Source: Paraphysomonas bandaiensis
Taxonomy: Eukaryota; Protista; Chrysophyceae
Assembly (NCBI GenBank): GCA_965644295.1
Contig: CBFFRP010000426.1
Coordinates: 248,001 to 312,000 of the forward strand
Direction: 5' to 3'
DNA length: 64,000 nt
Below the pieces are notes generated by a model. The model made no database searches and had not been told where the DNA came from. It worked only from the letters and a program-made list of their open reading frames with translations. Position 1 is the stretch's first letter, and every line of letters starts with the position of its first letter. Shown one piece after another: positions 1 through 12,000 of this stretch. Both the position numbers and the translations under genes were made by a program.

Positions 1-519
1 GGTTCCTCCTAATGGCCCTAAAATGTATCTCATGTTGCGCCAACCAGTAGCAAATTAAAGGGGCTCTATTTGTGTACGGCTAATACCGTACTTGTTATTG
101 GCTATTCAAATATTTGTTACTGGTTTTCATTGTCTAATATACAAATGAATAGCGATGCATGATTGTGTTGGTGTTGCTCGCACTCAATAAATAAGAGCAT
201 CTGACTGTAAGTAATCAAGATCTGTTTATATATTATAGTTAATGTGATGAGCTACAAACCTACTCCATATCAATTAGCTAGTGTGCTTGTATCAATTAAT
301 CTGAGTTGACTTGAGTATTAACTTAACAAGACATGTCAAATTCGACTACAATATACTGCATTGTATCATCCGTAGCAAGAAATATTAGATTTGGAATTTA
401 GTAGATGCTACCTATTTCCTGCGGTGTCAACCCCAAAGCACTCTGCTTTCCAAAAAACTTTTTCACAAAATACAGTTATGATTAGAAATTAATATACACA
501 CTATTATGTTTATTATATT

Positions 520-1367
520 TTAGAGTATGTATGATGCAACTAAACACAAAACAAGGACGCCAACAATGTCCATTAATACCTGGATAAAAAATATCGTTAG
601 AAAGTAGCACGGTATATACCCCACAAATTAATCAGCATAAAGAGTATCAATATAATGTATGTAATGTCAATAAAACACGATCTACGCATACGCAAAACGA
701 AACACAACTTATATTCGGTAGAGAATAGCTATTGACAGATGTGGCAGACCTGAACTGACGTTGCACCGTGAGCAGGATCCACTCCCATGAATAACATCAC
801 AAAGGGTAGAACACTTCCGAGGAATATAGATATAAACAATATCAGCACTAACGCAGTTGTAATTACTCCTACGTGTTGTATTAGGCTCGTTCATTCGTTT
901 TCGATTAGTATTGTACCTGTTTCCTTTAAGGACGATTCAGGTGATAGGAATACGCGTAAACAACCTGCTAGTCCTACAAAAACGCATATTCCGATTGCAC
1001 CACCACATTCTTGTAAAATCAACACAAATTGCCACTTGGGTTGTGTTTTTTCGAGAGCGATCTCACGTATTACTTTCACCGCAGCTTGGTTTCCAGCATT
1101 CCCACCAGCCCCAATTAACATGGTCATAAAGGCAACAAGAGTTGGATGGCGAGATAGAAGCATTTCATATTTTACAAGAATAATAGATGAAAAACTTTGA
1201 ACACAAAGAAATCCAATAAGCCAAACTGATCGCTCTAGAATAGAACTGGTTACAGTATCTACTCTTTCCACTTTGGTGTTACAGTTTTTTTCTTTGCATG
1301 TTTCATCATTACTATCAATAGATATAAAAGCTTCAATATCATCCATACTTTTCTCTAATATAACCAT
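520..1367 (-). CDS. MgtE-type (SLC41/MgtE integral membrane domain) magnesium transporter, multi-exon; 5' end uncertain
   Basis: ORF 891-1367 has RSVWLIGFLCVQSFSSIIL...MLIGAGGNAGNQA. Manual splicing adds exons ...LPFVMLFMGVDPAHGATSVQ and VLMDIVGVLVLCLVASYIL* (TAA at 520-522), matching the MgtE GGNxG and DPA...D motifs. Confidence 0.8.
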
Positions 1368-2039
1368 GTAGTATGATTATGTTATTAGTATAAGTAAGAT
1401 GTGACCTTATATCATCGCTACACCAATAAGACCCGAGTGTCGGATAATTCGAATGATGTGATTGGTGATTCATGAGGATTATGACTTTCTGAATTGTACG
1501 ATACAGACTTCTCTCTCGGCTCTTAGATGACTCTGTGTATCAGATATGGATATCATCTTGAATGTTTCCTATATCTATATAGATCCAAACCTTAAGTGCT
1601 GGTGTGATGGACTGGAAGATTGCGTGGAGGATATCAAGCCTCTCAAAACCCCGAGTTTTTGTATAAATATAAGCTTTCATTCGACCGCCCATCTTTCTTC
1701 TGGGTGTAGATTTTTTTCAGTTTCTAGCAAAAAGATCGGTTAAAGATTGTAATTCTCTGAGAAAGAACAATGACGTTGTGTACGTACCATACCGATACAT
1801 TTCATATCCTTCTTTTATTTTTTATAAAAAGTCGAGAAGGTTTTTCCTTCAGCCAATAGAATAACAGGAAAGTGTGGATTGTACAGGGAATTACTGTAAT
1901 AAGAGATCGATGAGTGTATATACAAGTATGTGAGGTAAGTCATACACAAGACATAGAGCAGACATATAGTAGCTGAGCACACAATAACCACCATATGTTG
2001 TACTAACTTAACTCAATATGACATAAGATTAAGATATCA

Positions 2040-4366
2040 ATGAATGATTGGTCAGTATCACTGTCCTCTGGGGACTCAGATACGGGTGTATCAGACACAG
2101 GGAGCTCAGATGAGGTGTTATATCCGAGAACATATCAACTCCGTCAAAAACAGAAGATTGATGGGATGGACACTGATAAACTACCAATGGAAAAGAAAGG
2201 ATTGGCTCCAGTAACTACAATGCATCATATAACAAGAATTACAGAGGGGGGAGTAGTCTGTTATCGTGTTCGTATATGTCGCACGTGAGTTTGTAACACT
2301 GTATATAATTGATTGTAGTCACTGTAATATACATATAGATGTTCTGGACTAAAACAGCTACTTGAGTTGGGTTCCTGTGCAGATTTGGAGTCAGCCTTGC
2401 TATTGAATGATGTCCATGAAATATTGGAAGGCAGAGTTTCACAATTACAACTACTTGTGCCTGATGATATGAAGTATTTCAATGCAATACAAGTATGTAC
2501 CATAGCCGATAGTATGTTCTTTATTTACTACATGATTATAGATCCGCAAACGTGGTAGCACGGAAGATACCCCAGTGATGAGTGTAATCAATGAAAGGCA
2601 ATGGAAGAACCATATGAAACGGCTCGTGCAAACCGCCCATGCGATGCCAGATGATAGTGATAAATTTGATACCTCTACTTTGGAGCCAAAAAAACTGCGA
2701 CAGGAAGTCAACAGGAATCAGCAGTCAGCTATCCCGCGATATGGTGTCTCAGTTTACCACGAGCCCACCGTTAACCCTATGCAAAACTTCTGCGCAAGAG
2801 TTACTACAGCTAATTTCTCTGCCGTAATTGCGCTATGGATGTGCCGAAGTTGGAACTACGGAATGAATGCTGAAACTCGAACTCATTGTACTTCTTTAAT
2901 AGAAGAGTTTCAAGTTGCTCTTTTTCAAATATGTAATCAGGACACTAACGTTGCATCACTTCATGCTGTCGGACTGAGTCGAACTGTAGCGGCTCTGAGT
3001 GTACCCCGGGCAACAGTGTTCTCTCTTTTGGCCAGCCAATACGCTGGAAACGATATGACCCAGCTTCAACATATGTTTCGACGCCTTAATCATATTCTTC
3101 CAAAGCATGACGCCCTTCGTATTGGCGAATTACGTTCTATGGCTATACTTATCGGTATTCCCGTTGACTGCAGCAGCACTACGTTTTCTTCGTTAACTTC
3201 CATTGCGAAGACCAGGGCGATGCTGTGTCATGCTAACATGGGTTTTTTCCTTGAGTAAGTAGTGTAGCACTATATTTTTGTTTGTCACTAGCACATGTAG
3301 TTCTCTGCGTAGGTACATGGCTTTCTTAGATAACGGAGTCCAAATGTGTTCAGTCGATGGAGTCGTACTGGATCGACACGACGCAGACATTCGTATTCAA
3401 GGTTACCACAAACAAACTGAAAATTGTGTCCGCTTAGTATCTCAGATTGCGTCTCTTATGAAGCCTGAAAATCATAATGACAGTTGTTTTTCTATCGACA
3501 ACCGTCACGTCAACTATCCTGATATCGTCATGCGAAATCTATGCGGTTTGACCCTATGTGGAGCAATAGCGCTGTGCGGTACATCAGGTTTGCTGTGGAA
3601 ACTTCAAGGTGACCAGGAGAGTGTTGTTCAAAGTGTCAACCTATCACTTTCGAATATCTGCCAATCATATTCGTGCTATGGAGAGGAGACAGTGAATTCT
3701 AAGTGCTTGTATTCATCAGCCCGATTGATGATGTCTAACGTCGCCAACATTGGTAGTGCGTCATTCTATGAGCACGATATCAATCTTGTACGTGATGTGC
3801 TGACAGTATTAGTCGGTGACTCAACATATGCTGTGCGAGCAATACTTCACACAAGGCCGCAGTTACAGCTCTCATCTCCAGTGCTAGAAAGTGGATTAAT
3901 ATCACGTATGGTGGCGAATATGACCGACATGGAATCCTATTTATGCGCATGTGCAGCTCTGATGCAATATATCTCGTACTGTATTGGAGAATTGATTGAA
4001 AAAGAGGAATGGGAGACAGAGTTATTCTCTGTTTTGGATACTGTCCTTGGACCTCAATTGCGAACCCTCAATGGCGTGGGAATGCAGTCGATTCAGAACT
4101 CACTTGTAACTCTATTTGATTTGACTGCTTATGTTTGCGGTGATATGGCTGCTGAGATCAAACGAGCTAAGTGTGCTACTACATTCTCACTTACTTCATA
4201 TGCTCTGACGGTTACAATTGATGCGACAGTTACGATTTCACAAAGGTATGATACGCATTTGTCTAAATTATATTGTATGTTACAGTGGTGTGTGGCAGTT
4301 TACCTCATCACGCAGAGCGGCTGGCTAGAATTTATGAGAACTCCTACTACGTGCTACGAAATGTAA
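2040..4366 (+). CDS. Hypothetical multi-exon protein (~700 aa), no recognised domain
   Basis: Consecutive + ORFs 2040-2288, 2367-2558, 2575-3258 and 3278-4366 are joined by short GT..AG introns (e.g. gtgagt at ~2285, gtaagt at ~3255). Confidence 0.65.
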
Positions 4367-4731
4367 GCCACAGGTTTGCTTTTGCCCGCTTGCTTCTTGA
4401 TAGCATCCTAAACTATTCCTGAGAAGGAGAGTTGTATATCACGGTGTAGAAATTCGTTAGTATTTTTGTATTACACACGAACGTTTACGTATGGTGTGCA
4501 CCGATGAAATACTATTCATTTAGATTATAACTAGAATATTTATCCTGCATAGAAAATGTAATGTTTAGACTCGAATTTTGCGTCCTCTGAAAGAATACTA
4601 TAAATTTCAAAATTAATTTAATGCAAATTATTCAACATTGTCACCGATCATATTTATTTGAGCAGCGATATCTTTCACTGCAACAAACAACTGATGTAAC
4701 ATTGCCAAGATATCTAGCGCCTAGTGCGCAA

Positions 4732-5185
4732 CCCTCAACAAAGTCGGACTCGCTTCTTTTCGTGGTGTTTTGAGGGATAAGCACTGGAGATATTTCTCCG
4801 GGAAACTAACGCGAGCCGCATATATAGTCAGCACTGACTCAGCAGATATTGTTCTGCCCACTCGTAGCCTAATACTTGTGTGGTACAAGGGACACTAGTA
4901 AGTGTCACTTGTGTAGATGTCTTTTGGCTTTGACGAGTAAACAGGCATCCGGGAATGGGCCCACCTCAAGGGCGTCCGGGGGTATTGGGCTGCCTGCTGA
5001 AGTCTATCATCCGGGTTGTTCGCTTTAAGGACAGAGAGCGAAAATGGCTGCACCTTAATGCTTGCGGGTGACGCACAAGCAGCTTTCGTAACGTTAAATA
5101 GTAGGATATCAGAGTTAGTTAAATTGATTTGCTACATTAGTTCTGACGCGTACACGTCTATTGCTAATAGTCAGAGTTTCACTAC
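4732..5185 (+). repeat. Interspersed ~460-bp repeat, copy 1 (near full length, subfamily A); probable non-autonomous mobile element
   Basis: Aligns by eye with 8291-8728, 27081-27315, the reverse complement of 27436-27900 and the reverse complement of 59831-59920. Shared strings include GTGACGCACAAGCAGCTTTCG, AGTAGGATATCAG and the terminal TTCACTAC. Confidence 0.9.
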
Positions 5186-5220
5186 GAGCGCGCGTAATTA
5201 CGACAGATACACATATAGGA

Positions 5221-7051
5221 TTACGAAACAACATTGGGTAACTGCTTAATATCTGGAAGAACAAACTCGTTTGCACTTCTGTCAATACAAGGCTTCGTAT
5301 AATATTTGAGATATAGAAGTTCATTGCGGAGGGCCTGGCAGCGGGGTTGTAGCATAAACTCTGAGAAAGGCATTTCATACGAAAAGTCAGATGCATCGCC
5401 ACCTGCACCCACAGCACTGATTCCCATATTCTTTTTAAGAAGTGCCATATTAAATGAAATCATTTGCAACCAGAAGTAATTTAATGTCTCATGTGAGGTC
5501 TCTCCTTCAAAATCCGAAACTGTTTTAAGTACATCTGAGGCCTTTCCCCGTCTGCCCATGCTTCGAAGGAGCACGTATATCAATCGTAACTTGCTCTCGT
5601 GACCCCATCCTGTGAGTGACCCTTCATTAAAAGCAGTCATAAATTCTTCGTCTGACATGGGCTCTCTAGCCCGAATGTCATCCCGCAGCTCAATCGGAAC
5701 CCCAGAAACATGAGAGGAGGGATTCGTAGAGCTCAAAACAGATGGAAGAGGACGCAGGTCAGGCAGCAGCACAGCAGTTCGCGCCTCAGCATCCAGCAGC
5801 ATCCGTTTTTTGCTGTGTACACAGTACCACATTCAGTCAAAATACCAATTTGCAGTTGTGATACCTGTAGTAGTGCAGGAACAGGCCACCGTTGACTAGC
5901 TGCGGGTTGAGTAGTAGGAATGACCTAAAGTCCTTTCCAGGATTACGGGTAGCGACTATGGCATAATGTACCATATGAGACCAGAAATATGTCTGCACGC
6001 AATTTCATATATTAAGCAGAATAAAAAATAAAAAATTTCATATATTACCATTGTCTCGTGGAAGGTAGTGCCGCGACTGCTCGGTCGTGCGGTGCGAGGG
6101 GAATTAGAAATAAAGTGCTTTATTGATGCAAATATTTTCTCTAAGCCCTCTCGTCTCCCAAACCGAGTCAAGAAAAGCCAAGCAATTCGTAGATGTGTGC
6201 GATGGTCCCATGTATCCAGAGTGCATTCATCGAGAGCCTTTACATCAGCAATTAACATCCCAAGATTCATAGACATACCACGCATACCTGCAAAAAGGCG
6301 TCATCAGGTTCGTCCTCCCGTTCCAGCCACTCTATTAATAACGCCTCTTGCCGTTGTGCTTCCTCGTCGAGAAAAGTACTAGGTTTCTCTTCCTGGGCAT
6401 TTTTCACGTTATCATCAGTATCAGTAGACCCTGGTACAGGACGAGGATGAGAAAACCGATGGCGTAATCGCTCTACCATCCACTCCATTCCTACATCTAA
6501 ACCCTCTCCTCGCGTCCCAGAGCAAGGTACTACACAAATTTGAAATTTTTTCTGTAGAGATTTAAGATCCAGGCCCTCTGCAACCTGCTCTTCATTCAAT
6601 GCATTCGGTAGATCTTGCTTATTGGCAAACACAAGAACTACAGCGTCCTGTAACTCTGGTTCGTCAAGAAGACGATGCAATTCATCACGTGTAGTACTAA
6701 TTCGTTCATGATCATTTGAATCTACAACAAATACAACACCATTCGTATTTTTATAGTAGTGTCTCCAGAGGGGTCGTATCTTATCACATCCCCCCACATC
6801 CCATACAGTTAGATCCATTCCAGCGCATTGGAATGTTTCTACATTAAATCCTATACAGAGATTACCATTCAAGTGATATGATAGTATATGTAATGATGTA
6901 TACCTATCGTAGGCATAGTTGTAACAACCTCCCCTAGTTTGAGTTGATAGAGAATAGTAGTCTTCCCTGCTGCATCAAGAGACACCATCAAGACACGTGC
7001 TTCTGTACGTGGATAAAGTGTATCTAATAAACGTGATATTAGGCTTGACAT
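5221..7051 (-). CDS. Atypical ARF-family GTPase fused to two tandem copies of an uncharacterised helical His-motif domain (5 exons)
   Basis: ARF motifs: [49 protein letters not shown] and FANKQD. These are followed by repeat 1 ([41 protein letters not shown]) and repeat 2 ([38 protein letters not shown]). Confidence 0.88.
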
Positions 7052-7799
7052 GTTATGAATAGGTGGATATATGCTAGAACACTGTGTCTGTGATGTAATG
7101 TATGGATATATATGCATATACATGGACATCTCTGGGCTGTGAATGGATATGTACAGCAGTTTCCATATACATAGAGAGCATACAGCATCTTAGTTTTCGG
7201 AAATAAACTGAAGCAAAAATTGTCTATATTACTGAAATACAACTACGGCTAGAATACAGATAATTGTTGTCTCAATATTAGAGGCATCTTTGAACAAAAA
7301 TATACAAAGGATGCCGATATGGCCGATTGGATAGGGTTGTGACGTTGTGACACGTATTTGAGGACAGAAAATTCTTTGAATTCTTTGTTAGAAATTACTA
7401 ATTTTTATGAGTTTTATGAGAACAGAAATGAAAAAATAGGGATTTCTATTGCAACCACTGATGTCTGTCGTTATGTAGTGTGGTGTACACCATATGTCCA
7501 CAAGATACTATGCATGCATGGAAGCAATAAGCTTATTATAAAACTTATCAGTGATCGCATTCACCTGTTATTTCTGCTTCTCTAACATTCCAGTTCTCTT
7601 TGAATGACACCAGTAAATAGAGCTCACATATATAACTGTATATTTATAGCTGTGTGCCTGTATATGCGTATGTATTGTCCGTTACTATATATCATACCAC
7701 AGTTTATACATTGTATGGAAGATTGCCATTCACTTCTAGACAAATACAAATGAAAATAACAGCACATTCTTCGTATAAGGTTGCTTAACTAAATGATAA

Positions 7800-8290
7800 G
7801 CGGTGATGCTATTCAAGCTTGGTGGATAAATTGACTGATTTGTGCCGTCGATAACAAACTCTGAAGAGTGCTAGTAAGTTCCGTAAGAAATATATCCTAT
7901 GCGCAGTAATCAAACAAGATACACGGTGATTGGCCGCTATGTGTTTCTATACGACCACTTGTGATCATGCGGGTTTGGTGCTGACGTGTTAGCTCTAATT
8001 CCAAGTGAAATGGAACATGCCAAGCTGGTGCTATTACGGGACGACTTGAAATTCATTCAATGTTTGTCAACAGAATAACTGAAGGAAGGCGATCACCAGC
8101 TCAATCTGCACGACGTTCGTACATTGTTTGACAAACTCATCATAATTCGAGCGTCATCTGGGCAACAATGCACCTATTAATCAGGACATTCCCTTCAAAA
8201 CTTCAGTCGTGAAAATGAAAAGTAGCAACTAAGCCTCACCAATCCGAACAAAATGAACTTAAAATATTCTTGCTCAGTGAGGGTGAAGAA
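7800..8290 (+). mobile_element. Decayed hAT-like DNA transposase fragment (stops and frameshifts)
   Basis: Frame-shifted translation LVDKLTDLCRR*QTLKSASKFRKKYILCAVIKQDTR*...RYVFLYDHL...LNLHDVRTLFDKLI...HLGNNAPI...FKTSVVK resembles, from memory, the TRW-SS and DVRxLFD region of oomycete/stramenopile hAT-like transposases. The W codon appears as TGA. Confidence 0.6.
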
Positions 8291-8728
8291 GATAAGCACT
8301 GGAGATATTTCTCCGGGAAACTAACCCGAGCCCCATATATAGTCAGCACTGACTCAGCAGATATTATTCTGCCCACTCATAGCCAAACGCTTGTGTGGTA
8401 CAAGGGACTCTAGTAAGTGTCACTTGTGTAGACGTCTTTGAGCCTTGACGAATAAACAGGCATCCGGGAATGGGTCCACCTCAAGGGCATCCCGGCTGTT
8501 CACTTTAACAACAATCCTGAAGTCAGCAGATGTCAGGTATATCAACGATCTGCTTGCTTTTAGTGATAGAACAAAAATGGTTGCATCTTGGTGCTTGCGG
8601 GTGACGCACAAGCAGCTTTCGTAGCACTAAAGAGTAGGATATCAGAGTTAAGCACTAGTTAGTTAAATTGTTTTGCTACATTAGTTCTGACGCTTACAAG
8701 TCTATGCTAGTAGTCAGACATTCACTAC
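8291..8728 (+). repeat. Interspersed repeat copy 2 (lacks ~45 nt of the 5' end; subfamily B core)
   Basis: Starts GATAAGCACTGGAGATATTTCTCCGGGAAACTAAC as in copy 1, carries the CCTGAAGTCAGCAGATGTCAGG core shared with copy 3, and ends TTCACTAC. Confidence 0.9.
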
Positions 8729-9047
8729 TATGACTCATTTACTCAAGTGTATGACTCCTTGGCATTTAGAGGTACTCATGTTTTTGCGCATGAACCGTCG
8801 CCTCTAGCATGAAAGTTGAGGAAGCTTTGTCATCAAATGTAATACACACAATATTTACCAATGCCATACTTTATATCACTTTGTTTTCATTTGCTATTGA
8901 AACTCTATAACAATAAACGGAAAAAGAACAACTTCTTTTTTAATATTATAAAATGACAATTGACACTCATCAGCGTTTGCATGGATACTCTAACGCCACA
9001 ACTATTCTTTTTGGCAATTAATAAACTATACAATTTACATGTCAAAC

Positions 9048-12000
9048 TTATTTCGGGAACATACGACTTCGTTCTCTATCACGTCGTTCAACTATAGCCC
9101 CTCTACCCCCTGGCCCAGACTTCTTGTTTCCTCTAGCCGGTGCAGAGCCAGCCTGTGACGCACCGGGGCCAGCGATGAACTGGTGATACTTTCCACCCTG
9201 TTGAGCAGCACCAAAGGCTGCAGGAGCCGATGCCGACAACTGTTTCGGTAACTGCATCGAAGGTGTCGTGTGGCCACCAAGGGCTCCATGTGGGGCCCCG
9301 TGATGTGCACGAGAGTAATCGAACGATGATGCCTACAGTACATCAAAACTTGTCACTTTCCTACACACATGTATATCATACACGTACCACTTTACTTCTA
9401 TCACCGCTGTTGGACCTTGTTTTATGACTACCAGCACTACTGCTCCTGCTACCGGTACTTCCCTTACTATTGCCACGCTTCCTATGAGTTCCTTCATTTG
9501 ATGCTGACCGTCGGTCCTACAATGATATGAGGGTCATGAAGAGAGTTCAACATAAAAAATACCGCTGATGGGGGTCGACCTCGGCCCGCATGTGTGCCCT
9601 CTTCTCCCTGTTGTGCTGTGCTGTTGGCATGCTCGTCAGCGAGATGCTTCTCCATTACCCTATTTTTATCCGCCCCTTCCACCCAGCCCACACTAATAGC
9701 AAAATCCAGCTACGATGACGTCAACCCAACAATGTGACAAGAGTGATTCGCCTACCGTTCCATCAGCGCCCTTCTCCTCGTACTCTGTTGAGGTTTCGTA
9801 CCACTCTGTGTCCTGATCTTTCTGTCCTTGTCCTTGTCCTTGTACATGCTTTTCCTGGCTCTCAGGTACATCGCGGTTCCTCTTCTTGTCCTTGTTACGC
9901 CCCCTGTTGCGGTTAGATATGTCATAAATCTCTGTCAGGGACTGGGGAAGCGCGTCCAGACTAGATGCAGTACTGACTGCCCCACTGCCTGGTTCACTAT
10001 CAGGGTTAGAGGCGGATACAGAGGCCACAGGGCTGAAGTGCGACCCCTCGCTTTCGCTAGTTATGGCACTGCTACGCTGTAGCTCCTGATGGGCCTTCTC
10101 AAGTCTGGCAATCGTAGCTGCACCAACGCCGGTTGGACTCTGTACAGCTCCGATTAGAAGTGTAGCAGAGCAGATACATTTATGCACAAAACTCACCATA
10201 GTCCGTAAGACAGCATCGATAGGTGAGTCCCCAGGATGCATCGGAGAGGCAGCAGTTGTAGCCCGCCACATAGCATCATTGAAGAGCTGAGCGAGACATT
10301 ATGTAAATAAGGATTTGTCATAATAATATGCATTATACCTGCGGCCATTCAGGGTCTGCACCTGGGTCCGGACTTGTAACTGTCTCTCCAGGCCGCCCAG
10401 AAGCCGAAGGAGCTGAAGAGGACGCAAGATAGAGGGCAGCACCTGGAGATGCGACCGTGCGACCCTCCGCTGCTATTGGAATCATAACGGAGGGTGATGT
10501 ATCCCCCACTGTTCGACGGACTTGTCCGTGCTTGCTCTGTGTGGCATCACATGGACTCCACTTCGGCCGTATTACCTGTGCAGTGCCCTCCTTGTCCTCG
10601 TACACCTCATCCATAGATGCATCACTCGAATCTGTCAGTGTACGGCTGCGTATAACAGGTGCACTACTGCTTGATGGGGAGGACATTGCATCTGCGGGAC
10701 CTAACCCCAACTGCTCACGTTGAGCCGTCACTACCTCCGGGATGTGGTCTCGAAGGTAAGAACTCAAGGGGGCACATGCTAAAATTCCAGCCTCGTCCAA
10801 AGGTACAGCCTGACCCAAGCGAACAAGTTCCGCGTTCGACATGATAAATAAAGGGCTTTCATCCTCCCGACGAGCCGCTAGGTCCCGCCAATTCCACAGA
10901 GCAGCAAGAGCAGCATTTTGCTCCGCTGTGATGTCTGGCTTCAACTGTTTAGATCCCTGTCTAGGATCTACCAAAAGTCTAGAGTATCCAAGAGGGGAAA
11001 ATGGTTCCTTCTCGTACCTCTTGAGACAAGTGCGTTGTGAGGCGATGAGTACGGCCTCTATACCTGCCGCGCCCTGCGACGCATGCACATCCCGCCGCAC
11101 ACAGTCGTAGATGTACAACAGGTAGTGGGTATTACTGCGGGCATACTCCAACATATCTGCAGGAAGTCGGCGCTGGCGCCAGTCCGATAGCTGTAGCCTC
11201 TTGTTGAGCGTGATGCCACAGTGGTATTTAAGCAAGTGGGCTAGGGATAACGTTGGGTACCTCAAGGCCTTAGCCGCGTGGTAGGTGTCGAAGCAGTTAA
11301 CTATATACAGGCCAAAGTCTCGCTGCAGCCAAAGGATAGCATTGTCGCATCCGTGAAAGACCTTAACAACCTCCGGATCGGTGAATATTGGTAGCAGCGA
11401 AGACATATATTTCCTGAGCGCAAGGGCATCAATAATATAGTCTTTTTCCCTCGTTGAAATCTGTAGAAACAGAGGTTACTGATATAATCTGATACGTGCT
11501 AACTAACCTGCATGAGGCATGTGATTCCCTGGAAAGATCTATAGCTGTGGTGCTCAAGGGCAATCGCTATTTCTTTGTAACATTTTATCTCGTTGACCGC
11601 ACTCTGCAACTCCTCCGGTTCATCAATATACTCAAAGGGTCTCATCGCAGGAATAGCAGGCATTACTGGATTAATGTAGGCTGAATCAGCCAGCTGCTGT
11701 TCATGGCTGATTCGTGCGCAGAGTGCCTTGATCTCAGATTCGTACGGGTGGGCATAGTAGGTAACTGGGGCGACCGAGATGGCATCAGACGCCTCCACTG
11801 GCATTTCGCGAATATCAAGAGGGGTGGAAGAATGGGGTTTGGTAAGCAATCGCGGTCGGAAAGGTCGATTGCGAGAGTTGTCAATCTCTTTTCTAAACAT
11901 CAGTTGGGGCTTCGGGATATCACAGGTACTCTCACGTAAGATCCTGTCACGATCAACGATCAATGATTCCTTGATAAGGGAAGAAAGTTTATGAATTTCT

